The notes under the pieces were generated by a model, which searched no databases, had not been told where the DNA came from, and worked only from the letters and a program-made list of their open reading frames with translations. From Catajapyx aquilonaris (lineage: Eukaryota): a stretch of DNA of 64,000 nt. Below, piece after piece: positions 39,179-53,149 of the stretch. The position numbers and the translations under genes were made by a program. Each line of letters begins with the position of its first letter. Within the stretch, counting starts at the first letter, position 1. The stretch covers positions 1-64,000 of the forward strand of contig KZ538073.1 of NCBI GenBank assembly GCA_000934665.2, written 5' to 3'.

Positions 39179-41627
39179 ATGGCTGCTCTCAGATGCTTGT
39201 TTTCGATCAGAAACGCTGCGAAAATCGCAGCTTCCAAGCCGCACCTGGCCCCTGTGTTCGTCCGACACCGTAAGCAATACCCGTCAAGGGCACCCCCGTC
39301 AAAATCAAACCGAAATGTGTAGACATGGACAGTATAATATTTAAGATTTTGGTAAGGGTGCAGTTTAAGCAAAGCAAAGATTCTTTGCAGTTTTCTATAT
39401 ATTTCCTGAATCTACTCGATGAGCTGAGTCAAATGACACTATTCCTATCGTGCGGAAATGTTTGGTTCAAGAGTAATTGAATTTTGAAATTGCATGTAAT
39501 AACAATGAATATAAATCAAAATAAACACTTGTTTCCATTGTTGAAACGGCAGAGCTGCCCACCCTACTCATTCCTGTGTCTCGGCCAGGCCCTGATATTG
39601 GCGCTGGTGGCGCTACATCGTTCGCTATCCGCCATCTTTTCCAAGGTGCACTCAAGTGGTAATCAAGTCTCTGGAAGAAAGATCCAGCCAGTCGCTGCAG
39701 ACTACCCGCTACCTACCACACGAGTTGCACCTTGAACAAGATGGGGTCTTAGCGAACGATGGGACACAGTTATTACACTACCGTATTCGAGAAGTGTCAT
39801 GGGGCTGTACTGTTCCTCAGCAGCATTCATATAATAATTTAACGATAATCTCTACGGCGCAGGGGGAGCGGGGGAGAACACGTAAATGCAGAAGTCCCCT
39901 GCCCAATGCGGGAGGGTTGGCAGCTCTGAAACAGTTTACTCCCATTGTTGAGTGAATGAATCTCCATGGTAATTTTAAACGTAATTTGGAGGTTGTGTGT
40001 TCGCAGCATTACTGTCCGCCTTGTGGCGGAGTAGATGTGGGTGTGGCAAAGCCACAATAACATTCGTTGGCCTGCGGCGCCACAAAACGGACAGTAAATG
40101 TTGCGGATACAAAACTCACAATAAGTGCCTAGCTCCGCATTAACTAAAATTATCACGCACGGGCGACGTACCGTGCCTGGCAGGGCCACAAGACGGTCAG
40201 TACTGGTTCGGTCACTCCAACGCTAGCAGATAACACCAACACAATCAGCGTGGGGCATGCCTTGCGTAAATTTGTTAAAAAAAAAGCGTAGGATGCACTT
40301 ACGGCAACACTTGTTGGCGCACAAGAGGCCTCGAGCATCAGTAGCCCAGCTGGAGACACCATCCTTCCACCTTCTAGGAAGGCTTTCCCCAAAGGGTTAA
40401 CCACTTCGGTACTCCGGTGTACACCTGCAGTGGTACTCACAGATACTCCTTGGTACTCGTTAAATTTGGTACTCCAGTGTACACTTGACAGTCGAGTGGT
40501 TAACCCCTGGCTTGCCCAATTCCAGATACACAACGATATCCTCGGCCATGAATGCTCCTGAATGATGTTAAATTAATTAAACTTCTACACTCTCGTTCTA
40601 CGTATATCAACGAACCAAAAACAACCGTTTATTTACATCATTCAGCATCCCTCACAGCACGTTGTCACGTTGTATGCCAACTCTCGCGTTTCCACGGAGA
40701 ATCACTTCACTCAACAATGGAAGTGAACAGTCTCAACAAAGGAACACTTGTTTACTTTCATTTAATTCATTGTTATTACGTGCAATTGCAAAATTCAATT
40801 ACTCTTGAAGCAAGCATTTCCGCACTCTCGGAATAGTGTCATTCAACTCAGCTCATCGAGTAGATTCAGAAAATATACTGAAACCTGCAAGATTTTTGCG
40901 GCGCTAAACTGCACCGAAGCCAAGATTTTTTCGAAAGAAAAAAAAACTATTATCGCACGGCTCTGTCTGTCTGTCTGTGGACAGGTATCAGACAGAGAGA
41001 GCCGTGCGATAAGACTTTCTTTTAGGGATGTAAATTTTGCCTAAATTTCCTAAAGATTGGAACAGGGACTGGAAGCCTGGTCCAGTCCCCCAGACTCCAG
41101 AGGAGCATGAAGCAGCAGCTCGTAAGTACAACCTTCGACCAGAAGACTACAAGACCCACCCTGATGACGGGCTTGGGTATGGAGACTACCCGAACCTCCC
41201 ACCTGTTTCGGCTGATTCACGAGACCCTTTTTACAACTGGGATCATCCCGAGTTGAGAAGGAACTTTGGGGAACCGGTAAGGTCCCTGATTGACGTAATT
41301 TAATAACATGTATGTACACACGTTTGCTTTTTTTTTGTTTGTGCAGCTGCATGTCCAATCGGATATGTATGGCGAAGACAGGTACGATATAAATGCAAAG
41401 CCGCGATATAGCATCGGAGTACAGTACATGGCGTTCATCGGTGTGGTCGGAGGATCCTTTCTGGTCTACTATTTCTTGGAGAATTACAAGATGTTCCGGC
41501 CTGTGGTGAGTGGTCCTGGCTCTTTTATTTCCACAATTTGATTGTAATGATGTGATGTCTGTTTCAGCTTCCCAAGCAGTACCCCGATGACGGAAAGGTG
41601 CATTACACTTTTGAGCCAGAGTCCTAA
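39179..41627 (+). CDS. NDUFB8: NADH dehydrogenase 1 beta subcomplex subunit 8
   Basis: Exon 1 at 39179-39269 (MAALRCLFSIRNAAK..., transit-peptide-like), then 41056-41276 (WKPGP.PQTPEE..AAARKY..DDGLGYGDYP..RDPFYNWD..RRNFGEP), 41347-41505 and 41568-41627 (PKQYP...HYTFE). Confidence 0.93.
39550..39928. mobile_element. Probable MITE with an internal long inverted repeat
   Basis: Termini CAGAGCTGCCCACCCT / AGGGTTGGCAGCTCTG; internal inverted repeat at 39616-39761; TSD unclear. Confidence 0.55.
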
Positions 41628-42359
41628 ATAAAAAGGGGGAGGCTCAAAAGTGTCGTAGTTTGGCATCGTTGGCATCATTTGTGAACATGCACGTTGTACA
41701 GTCATACCCGCAATAAATTGGTTCTACTCGGCTATGCTATGTCATTTCTAGACATAATTAACGGGCATGTAACTGCCATGGCACAGTCCTGAATTTGTCA
41801 TGTGAATAGAAAGTTCTGTGGTGCTAATTACATGTTCGTAGTGTACTTCCAATCAGTTATTAAACACTATTTATAACAGTACTAAAAACACACTTTATAC
41901 TAGCAGCATAACCTGTTCTTCACATGACCTGTTTCCCTGGTAATGTAATTGACAATGGTTTGTTTATTTGTTTGTCCAGGTATCATGGCAACAAGTTGCG
42001 ACAGAAAGACCCCACGGCACGGTTCCAGGGTTAACATCAATTTGTCAATTTTCTTACAGCCCCTGAGTGTCCTTCATGCCCTTTCAAAACCTGTATTTCC
42101 AGACTACTATTCCTTAATTTTGTCAATTACAATAATTACAGAATGTAAAGTGAAAATGACTTAACACTAACAAAAAATATTTCTGCGAAACTGAAATTTT
42201 GCATTATAATTCTTTGTCGACTAGGATTTGCATGCGATGAGCCCCATTTAATCTACATCATGATAAATTGATTGACCTGATAAAAACAACCTTTTAATGC
42301 CATTTAATTTTAAAGTAACTAGTTTTAAAAAAAATTGCCAACTTAAAATTAATTCGAAT

Positions 42360-42500
42360 CCGAAAATGGCGCGCTTTGATTACACATCCCGGCTGCATGT
42401 GCTTGAAGCCAATCAACGCACAGGTTGTTCCGCAACGCATGCGCACTAATAATCACCAATCGCATGTAAACACTGGCTGGGTGTTATTGACGGAAGCTGC
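42360..42500 (+). promoter_or_regulatory. Candidate housekeeping promoter of the C16orf87 homolog
   Basis: Motif cluster: YY1-like AAAATGGCG 42363-42371, CCAAT at 42409 and 42456, NRF1/Ewg-like CGCATGCGCA 42436-42445, ETS-like CGGAAG 42491-42496. Confidence 0.5.
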
Positions 42501-42907
42501 TGCCATCTCCCGGGTTCATGTCGAACTTTCCATGTTTTTCGTTCCCAATATTATTTTTCTTCCTGATTATTTTTCCTGAGGGAGCAAAAGAGGACGCCTA
42601 TTTCAGCTAGCTGCAGGGAGGGGGATCGCAGTTCTGTGCACTAGCTCTCCCCTGGATACATGCCCATGCGCGGCTGAGCCTGGTGGTGGTGGCCTTGATT
42701 AGTGGTGTATATATAATCATCATTACAGCAGCTCTGATTATAATAGAAGAGAGCCTGGTGCACAGGTGGGAGGAAGGGCTCCACCTTCCTCATCCTCTTG
42801 ACCCAGATCGAGAAGGCCCCCTTGTCCCCCCAAATATTGGCCTGTGGAAGACTGCAGCTGGAGAGAGGAGGAGGGGGAGGAGGAGGAGGAGGCTGCCCTC
42901 CCACAGT

Positions 42908-43569
42908 ATGGCCAAGAACAAGATGATCACCAAGGGTTGCCCGCAGTGCAAGCAGCAGGTAATTTAATTAAAAGGAACAGCCTTTGTTGTGTTGCATGTT
43001 GGGTCAAGGTCGGGATGTGCCCCTGGTGTTGGATTACACCTACGTACAACAAGTACAATTAATCCTCAGGTGACTAGTCAGGTCATGCAGAAGATATCAT
43101 AATAATAATAATAACAACGTTGCTTAAGGTGCATGTGCAGACCATGCATAATAATTAATGCACTTTACAAACGACCCGACTTAACGGCGATCCGTACTTA
43201 CGAACAGACTGCCAAGGATCATTTATAATACTTATTCCTCCACTTTCAATCACTTTGCACATTGACCGATACCATGTTCAACGTAAATACAGCATAGTTA
43301 ATAACTAATTGGGAAACTACGTTCTTCTTAACATGTAAACAACGCACATGATTTAAGGAGTTCGTTGGAGCAGCATCTTTATGCTGTACATATGCGCTCA
43401 TCCTCAGGGATCCGAGTTACGTACGAATCCAACTTATGGACATTTTCAGTTACATAACCCCATTCTTAGACTGGGGACTTACTGTAAATACATGCAGAAT
43501 ACAGGGCAATATACACTGTACTCCTGATCTAATAATGGATACCCCGTCACGGCAGGGTCACGGAGTATC

Positions 43570-43635
<66 letters not shown>

Positions 43636-46600
43636 TACTACTACTGATCTGGGTGCGGATTCCCTCTCCATGCAGTGTAAAAGAAGAATTGAAATGCTAG
43701 TCTGAACGAATGTCAATGGGTCAAACAAAGAAATATTACATACTTTTTCCAGAAGACATTATAAATCTATGGTAAATTTATTATTTTCTTTGAACATTAT
43801 TTAACACAGCATGCAGCATGTAAATTAGTTCATTAAAAACCTGTGTATGTATATATGGTGTCTAGTATCATTTTCGGATTATTTTTGTTTTCTGATGATC
43901 TGGGCATGGATAATCACGAGTACAGTGTATTGTATTTCAGCCTAGCAGTATTTTTCTAATTGCTTTATTAAGACTGTATGTTGTTGCTAATCCATCAGTG
44001 ATAGTTAGGAAAGGGTATGATGATCTGTGATAGAAATTTTCATAAGTTGTGCCCTGAAGGGAGTGGAGATGGGGACGAGAGGGCTTGAGGGCTGCTAAAC
44101 TTAGACCAGTTCAATTTTGTTGCACAAAGTATTGATTGAGCTGCAGGTTTGTTCCCCCCCTCCCTCCCTCTTCTCTTTGTGTTTCATGCATAAAAGTTTT
44201 CAAATTGTGTGCTTTGACTCTGGATTCTCAATAATGCATGCTTGTATTATCTTCCTGCAAATGATTGTTAAAAGAGATAGAGCATAATTGGAATTACGTA
44301 AGGTTTGATGAGAAAACATTTCTTTTTAAAAAGCCGTGTTTAGTGAGGTTGTTATCTGAGAATAGTAGGCTGCCAAAGGCATCAGGTTTTTTTTTTTTTT
44401 GGTCCAAAATTTTCAACACATGATTTGCTCTTGAACACTGTGTGTACACCCTGACATTTAATGAAACCGATGATTGCCAATATTGTAATATTCCATTTTG
44501 AGGAAACTCGTGAAACCAGTGTGTGTAGATACTGGTAGGCCATCATTAAAATGTTTGTATAATGGATAATGTCATTCGAAACATCTACATTTGCCATTAA
44601 AAATGACATAAGATATATTAACAGGTTAATTGACCATCTACCATTATTGCGAGCAACATAAAATTGCAAATTGACAACTTTTCGTAGAATCACTTTTACT
44701 ATGTGTATAGCAGTTTTTGGAATTTTTCCCGAGCTTGTAACTATTGACATATTGATCCCTAGAGTCGATGAATGTCTATTAGGCTGGGGCTCCATTTTCA
44801 ATTTGATAAAAAAATATAGGGTGTTTTATTTTGGGCATCCTTGCCCCTCCTGCGAAAATATGATTCAGAATCTCACGCTACTTCAAGGATGTGCATATGA
44901 CATTTCGTTCTGAGAAAGTGTGCACTTGGCATAATGTGGTCATGAGATTTTATCGCAGAGTATCATTGAACTTCAACACCACCTTGATAATTTTTACACA
45001 CATCCTGTGCCTACTGCAGCCATGTCTAATTCCACAGACATTTGTTTGTGGTTGTAATGAGAGTAATTGTTGCCAAAGTGATGCTTTCATTTGTATGGCA
45101 CATTTTGAATTAACCTGTAGTCAATTTGAGTACATTTTCCTGAGGTGGATGGAACTGGCAGAAGAGGTTTTCAAAGGAGAGTTACAGTTATTTTAAATTC
45201 ACTTCGAGGAAGGTGTGAGCGTCACAATTAATAACACACCTGCAAGCAATGTCCTTAGTGACGTTCTTTTTATGATTTGACGTTGCGTTAAAAGTGGCTT
45301 TGGCCAGTCTCCATACATTTAATATCCATTGAAGGCAATATTAATGTTCTCATCAATAATAATAGACTGTAATCCAATGACAAGTGTTGCATCCTGTTTA
45401 CCAATAACACCTTCATTAGATGTCATGAGATGTCATCGCCTCACTTGTACCATTGATTAGTTAAAAGACTGGCATTTTTTGCTTTTTAATTTTTACCAAC
45501 CTATATTTGATTCTTTGAATCATCTGCTGAACATCAGTTATTACCTGTCAAGCCTTGCTGTAGGTTATGGCAAGGAGAGGAAAAGGATAGTAGTTCTTGC
45601 CGTAGGTGTGACTTATTTTATGAGGTGTAATAAACAGAATTGGTATGTTTGTGTGCTTGTGCTTTATTTTGAGTGCCTTTGCTTTCCCAGGTGCCAGTTG
45701 CCTGCAAAGCCTGTCCTTGTGGTCACACATTCTTCGCAGCTAGAAGAGCAGTAAAACTCCACCGCCTTGCCAAAGAAGATTCAGGGGAAGTAAAGAGACG
45801 GCGTACTGAGAGAGTCAAGCGAGAAAAGCCGGACTATTATGATCCTCTGGAGTATGACAACCAGATGAAAAAGGTGCTTTGCCAAGGGAATTGCGATGTT
45901 TGGTGTGCAAACAAAAGGCTATGATAATATTATTGGATCAAGTCTGGATCTGACTGGTTATGAAATGTGTGTTGAAATGGTGAATAGGTATACAAGTTGA
46001 TAAAATTTTTACTTTGCTGTCTTTTCTGCTAACAAGTGGTTGCCATTTGTTTGCACTCATTTGCTCTATCTACTGACAGTATGACTAGGAAGATTCAGAA
46101 ACACTGCATCTTTCGCATTGTAGCATTTTTGAGATTACATGAAGTCTAACTACCACTGCCAATTTTTTCTGAAACCAATTCATTGTAGAAAAGCTCATTA
46201 CATTTTTGGACATTGATTAGCCATTTAATGTGGCAGGTACACAATGGGATTAAGTACGGTAGCATCAGTGTAAAACGTATGATTTGATTTTAAGCATTCA
46301 GCAATTGACAGAATGTCAAGAAAGGGAACAATTTTATTTCACTGGATACATTGTCGTACAGCAAGTTTGCCATTAGTTCAGCCTTCAGCAGGATAGCATG
46401 CTCCTGTAAAAAATCAAATTTGAATCACAAAGTTAGCATGTCAAATTATGTTACATAATGGTACTGTACGTCATTCAGGAAGTCTCATACCGTTTGACAG
46501 CCAAAATTAAGCGAATCATGGATGCACATAATTACAGGCAGGCTCAACACTTCGCTGACTTGTACAGTAGAACTCAATTCAAAATGCCTCCAGCTATGTG

Positions 46601-48059
46601 GGCTTGTCTATTTGATGGCCACTGTCCAATCTTGTAGCCCACTTTGTCCTCTGGTGTGTGACCATGACCATCAGTGATTAGCAATTTTATGGGGGTGGGG
46701 TCAGAGGAGGCTGGTCAAGTTTTCTGTGATGTTAAACTGGAAGGACCTTTTAGCTAGTACATCCCCAGAGCCAATCATAGGCCTGCATGTACCATGTACA
46801 AGTGAAAAATAGAGTGGAGTCGATATGTATGCATTGAAAATGAGCCACAAAATATGACACAACTATCGACAACAATGACAGGCGCAGATGTGGTGGCAGG
46901 TATAAGAACCAGATGGTCACTGATGCATATGATAAAAGTGCTGTGTATATAAATTTTTAATGAACATGTGGCCTTGAATGTTTTTTTTTTTTGTTGGAGT
47001 AATTTATTGATCATATATGAGACATACAAGTAGGATGCTTGGTGCTGAGAAGTACTTGAGTGTGTTTTTATAACTGCTGTTTTTTGAGTGCCATGAGTGA
47101 CCTGCATACTGATGTAACTGAGATGAAGTACTTATTAGATGGAATCCTGGCATCGTTTTTTTCTGTACATTCCAGTTCAGATTAGAATTTATGCTCTTTC
47201 GTCATATCTCATTGAAAAATTATAGCTCTCATGAAACTCACTTGTCAGGTCAGCCCCCTAGCACGCCTTGTGCATGAGAGGCAGCAGTGGAAAATATTTT
47301 GACAATATTGATTGCGGTTGTATTTTTAGAGGAATACTCCACTAGCGAGTTGTACCTTTCTTGGTCATGAAAGGCTGATTACTACAAAATGTCTTGCAAT
47401 TTCAACTTGTGTCTGCTTCCAAAGGGAGTTTCCCCTCGGAAAGCTTCAAAGCACAAGGTGCAGACTATTAGTTTGTATGTGGCACTCACCTAAAAAGCAA
47501 TGGTGTCTAATCAATCGCTTCTCTGCTAATTGGCTTCACAATTATTAACAAAAAAAGCCTTACATGTCGTGGGTGCCTTTTCACCCACCCCTGGTGGCCC
47601 ACCTTCAAGTGTAGCAAGGAGCTAAATGCACCGTTTCGAACTCAGTGAACTTTCCAATGGCATTGTGTGATTCCACACTAAAATTGAAGGTGAGTTGGAG
47701 TAAAATGTTCAAAATTTTCACCAATATGCAGTGTTTGGTGCCATTGTATTCCCATGGAAATTTATTGGCGTTTGACACTCTGTGTTTGATTCCAGCAATT
47801 GAAGCAGACGAAGCTCCTGAGGCAGCAGAAGCTCAGAAGCGGTGGGAGTAGCAGCATGGGAGGCACCGAGGAAGATGTGAAGGGAGACGACGACGAAGAA
47901 GGGAAGGGCAAGAAGCGAAGGAAGCGAAAACCTCAGAGAGAGAAGAAGGAAGAAGAGGAAGACATCATGGCGAACCTGCCGCCTGAGAAGGTGTTCCAGT
48001 GCTCGGTCGTCCTTGCCGAGATCAATCGCAAGATCTGCGCAACCAGCTGGAGAGTCTAG
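42908..48059 (+). CDS. UPF0547 protein C16orf87 homolog, 165 aa
   Basis: Exons 42908-42958, 45691-45873 and 47796-48059 (498 nt): [31 protein letters not shown]...RRRTERVKREK...FQCSVVLAEINRK. Confidence 0.88.
43571..43644. repeat. (ATT)n microsatellite followed by (ACT)n
   Basis: About 21 ATT units followed by a few ACT units, in C16orf87-homolog intron 1. Confidence 0.95.
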
Positions 48060-51000
48060 CATTATACGTGTTTACATTTTCAATTATATTTTATTGGGTG
48101 AGGCTGCCCCGTGAAGTCATCAAGGTCACATTTCTCCAAGTTTGAGGATGTGCTCTCTTCCTTTGTCGTGTAAATGTTTGGCTGCCATTGCCTTCCCCCC
48201 CTCGTCATCTTATCTTCCCTACAGGATTGCTGCGGGTGCAAAAATCTGGCCCTGATCATGATTCAGAGTTTCAAGAGCATTTACAAAGGGACACTTGGTT
48301 GCAACAGGGTCTGTATAATATCTAAAAAGTTGTGTACCTAGTGGAGCGATATTTCATTATTTTTTTGAAGATACAGTGCCATTATATGATTTATTTCAAG
48401 TGGCTAATAAAAGAGATTGTCATATTCAGAAGCCTTTTTTTGTGGATGCTCTGTTGCTTGTGGCTCGGAAGCAAGCTTTGATCATACGTTGGAGTTGGGG
48501 GCAACGTCACACTGATAAATTATCATTTTCGGTTCAGGTTGATCCGATTGTAACTGGTTCAGGGGAAGTTGACGATATGTTGCAGACGATCTAAGTATTT
48601 GCTGACTGTTGTGCTAAGGGAGATGGCACATAGTGATAATTATGTTGCCTAACACCATGTGAAGGAGAAGTGAGGAGGTAGTGTAGTGAAAAGTAGGCTT
48701 GATTGATCCTGTTTATTGATTACTGTTGCTGAAATATCAAAGGAGATGTTTTCTGATGTCATTTGCTCAGTGTATTACATAGGGTCATAGGCTGTAATGC
48801 GTAAGAGAGTTACGATATGCCTTGAGAACCTGATAATATCATACATATTATCCAGAACTTTATCAGTCGTATTTTGACCAATTATCTTTGGAATGGCATT
48901 TTGATTGCCTGCAAAGAGATGCCGGCATATCATAACAGGCCTAATGAAGTAGGTATTCACCAGATTAACTGCAACTTTGATGTTATAGTCTTAACGATGA
49001 TGCAATTCAGCAAGGTTGACTACAAAGAGGAGATTGGTCAGACGTGTGTATTCACCGTCATGAGAGGTATTCAGTCTTAATTTGGTCAACTCGAAAGGTA
49101 CAGACGTTCCACCCTTGTGTTTGTTCGGTGTCTGCAGTGCCTCATTAGTTGAGTTTAATTTGCCCTGCCTCATCAGCATGTGAATTTGGGTGTAGGTCTG
49201 TTTAACTGCGGTGTGTTTTATTCTGTACATTCATTAAGAGACTTCCTTTTTCTAATGGTACAGCTCATTAGAAAAGTAAAGGCAATGCAATTACAATATT
49301 GACAGAAAGGACTGATTGCAGTTTATTCAGCGCTGTCATTGTGTTTCTGGCTAATCCTTGGTAACAATTATGTGTCCGACATACATTTTGATTTGTGCAT
49401 TGAAAATAATAAGTGTTTTATAATTATTTCGACTGTTTTAGAGTGAGTTTATGGGAACCAGCTGATTCATTTTATGTGGTTTAATATAGTTAACGTAGCA
49501 TGAATCAAAAAGTTTGAATTATCCTGCCTGGTACGCATCCCTCCATACAGCCTTGACTTTTTCATTTGAAATTTTAATTGAATCCTGTAGCAGGCCATTT
49601 TCGAGACAACAACAGGCTACTACACAATAGAAGATGATACATCGCCACCTTTTGATTGATGATAATTACTTCAGTAACGAGTCTTCTGAGACCAAAATGA
49701 CACTTCAGCATAAGCTAATTCCCCAATGGCCCTGCAACTCAAGAACTTGATTACGAAACTCTCTGGTGTAATATGAGACACTAGCGGTTACACTAGAAGT
49801 TATTGTTGCCGTTTTTGACGTCAGCATCCAAGGACGATTACTCGTCCTTTAAATGACATGTTGGGTCAATAGATGATTCTTCATGCGTATTATCTTCCAA
49901 TATTATTTCGCAGGTGTTCTATCTGTAGCATGACTCAGGGATTGCTCACCTGCTCATGCCATGTACCGACCTCTGGATCCTTGTAACAGAATTACCATAA
50001 CATGTTGTTCAGCACGCTCTCATGATTATTACATTGAGACCATGTTAGGCCATTGCCTTTTCTCAGTAAGGGAATAATGTAGGCTGATCATACTGTATTC
50101 CACAGTATGTCAAATGTACTAATCGATCTTCATGAGTCACGCAATCATGAAGGTGACCTGCCTAAATATTTAAAAAGCATCTACTTTCACCCAAGAACCT
50201 TCTGAGAGGCCACTCACCTCTACTTTTTTGACACATAATGCTTCATAAATTTATAATGTTAATACCTCCTGTGGTGAGTAGTCACCTGCTTAGTAACAGG
50301 GGAAGTTACCGTTTGAGTGTTTGCCTGTGACCTTTTCAAGGCTAGGAAAGTGATGGGACAAGGAAAAGCGCTTTATTTTAGTTCGTAGTTATCATCCTAC
50401 CATCTCGGGGAGAGTTTATGGCCACTTTTGAAGGATCGGAAAACACTTTACTGACTCTCAAGTATCGGCGCCTACGGTTCTGTTCAGAAAATATTGGGCT
50501 GCACCAGGTGTTCAGAGCTGAAAACCAATTTTTACCAAAATTCGTGAATAAATTACATGTGCAAAAATTATCCCGTCATGACCTTATCCTTACCTGTCAA
50601 GAGTTAAAGGATTTGGCAAGTGTCACTTTTGCACATTTAGAGCAGTGTGTGCCAACCTATTTTTGTTCCTCTGCAAATATTCTGCACCAAATGGCGCATG
50701 TATTTTTTTTCTTCTTGCATATTCGCACAATGATGCCTGTTGTGAGTTAATGGCTCTAACACAATGGATCTGAGTGGAGCATGTTGTAGCACAAGAAAAT
50801 AGTTTTTAGCAGTGAGTCATATGCCAATTATGATTGTTGGCCGATTCAAGTTTTATGGCATGCTGTTACACGAAGGCGAAAAAATAAAAAAAACTAACTA
50901 ACGATTTTCGATAGCAGAAGAGAAAGTTTTTCGTCATCAAGGCCTTTTGCTGTGCTATAGTTGGAGCTGACATTGCTCGTAATAGTTGGCACATCTTATG

Positions 51001-53059
51001 ATACACCATTGCCAACTATGAATGGCAGAGAAAAAAAATATGTTTGCAAACTTGTTTATCACGCTTTTTGATCAAAATGTCCTTTTCGCACTCATCTCGG
51101 TGGGGGCCTTTTAGGGTGTGAAATTTTTTTCCGCAATTTCCCTGCTATAGCAATCATGCTGTCAGATTGCGAGTCTGTGATTTTGCCTCGAGGGCAAGTC
51201 CTATAGACTTGTAAACATGCAATTGGGTCATGCTTGGATGAAGCCAGATTATCTTGATTCTGATTAATCTCAATCAAAAAGTTACACTCTTGAAAACGTA
51301 CGACGTAGTAAATAGGTAATAGCATTTTTTTTTTTGGTAATTTGCGATATGTTGCTAATTGAATGTTGGCATATCTGGCTCATTCCCATTCGATAGAACT
51401 ATATATAACTGCTCTTGGCATAGTGTTAATAGGTTACGAGGTTGTTTTTCTGTCGGATGACGTCAGTAGAAATATATATTTTTTAACCCCTTCCATTTCT
51501 CTGATCCGGGTTAAAAGACCTTCATATTTCATACCATCGCAATTTTTCATATCTGTAAAGCCGTGAGATTAGAAATCTTCATGATTATTATCAATAAATC
51601 AGCTGATGCACGGGACAGGGAAAGAAAGTTTTTTAATCCGATTGAAAGGTGAAGAATGGGGAAATCCCTTGCTTTGGGAAGGCGTGTTGAAGCATGAAAT
51701 TGGAACATTAGCAACACGACACATGAAAAGGGGGGCTTTTGACGTAACCTTCCTTAATATAAATCTGCACACGTTTTATGGTGCTTAAATTTGACCTCTT
51801 TACAGTCAAGGGCTTGAATATTTGGAAGCTACGTGCGTGTAAAGGAAAAAATCCAAACACACGCAACTAGGTATTTGCCTCGTTCAAATAATTAACTATT
51901 GACGTGCAAAGTGACGCGACAGGTCAAATTAAAGGGTTGAAATATAGTTTTTTTTTGTGCGTGTGCGCGCGCTCCTGCAATATTAATTTTCCACCTCTCT
52001 AAATAGAGTCGTGCAAAAAAAAATTTGCAAAGTATGAAGTGCAGGTGTGCATTACGGGGTATAACATTACGTGCCACTCTTTATTTTCCGGTGCTAACGA
52101 GATACTTTTTTCCCCCCCTGAAAAGGGTACAGTATGTTCTTAGGTAATGCGAAATGTGAGAAGCCGCCATTTTAGGTCGAAAGTAAAATTTAATCCCGCT
52201 AAAAAGCAGGGGCGATATCGGAAATCATTCTGAGTTTATCCGAAAATAGAGCTCGATGGTGGAAAAAAAAGGTGAATCCCATGAGAAATAGAATCGCCGA
52301 TTATTTTTTTTGAGAGCATTCATGTCACGGTCCGTTTGGCCTAACTAATTAATTTGGCCGATCTAAAACCCGTTGGGGTTGAAAATTAATCCAACCAAAT
52401 TGATGAAAACTCTATATGAAACATTTTTCTTCGCTTCGACCGGGGATTAAAAACGCTGCCAGCTGATGATTAATCTGGAGTTAAATTATGTGCAGGTTAT
52501 TGCAATTTGCCACAGTTTCTTGGGGGCAAACATGGAATAAATGGAGCTCCAACTTTTCGTACATATTGACTTTTCATGCCATTTTCGTTCATGTCTCGGC
52601 AAAGCTTTTTTGCATTAAATTCGCAAAAGGCTCTGATAGATAACAAAGACAAATCCGATATATCGCGTTAACATATAATGAATTTCTGCATTATTGAGCC
52701 GAAAAGAGAGATGTAGGGCATGACTAAATTGGAGGCCATCTCCCGCCCGAATATTTAGGTTCGCATGATCTGTCACTGCGAGGGGGAAAAAATTGCGAAT
52801 CAAAAACTGTAGCAGATGGTAGCTCGCAATTTACGTAAATTATTTTGCCTCCCTCCAAGGGCGACTTTATCTCCAGTTTTATTTTACTGGCTTCCAGCGT
52901 TGGCTGCCACTGGTTCAGACAGGTTTTTACAGTAACACGTCACCGATATTTTGCCAATCAATTGTAATGATCAGAGACTGTGCAATCCTACACAGCACAC
53001 CCGATAAACAATTTGCCAATGTCTGCTTCAGACTAACAGTAAGCTGCTAATATTATGTA

Positions 53060-53149
53060 CATGGTGACCCCCAAAGGTCTGCATAATATAATATTGTTGG
53101 TTAACAATTTATTACTGTACATATTTGTCCAGACTTTTGGGTCACCATG
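53060..53149. mobile_element. Tc1/mariner-type MITE
   Basis: TA|CATGGTGACCC...GGGTCACCATG|TA, with arms extending inward (caaag.tctg / cagacttttg). Confidence 0.7.

Noticed and set aside
43170..43486. Possible Tigger/pogo-like relic (cgacttaacg…ggggacttactgta)
   Set aside because: Only one terminus-like end is seen and there is no clear TIR pair, so it is too weak to call.
43436..43705. ORF with a poly-Ile tract
   Set aside because: Translation of the (ATT)n microsatellite in an intron.
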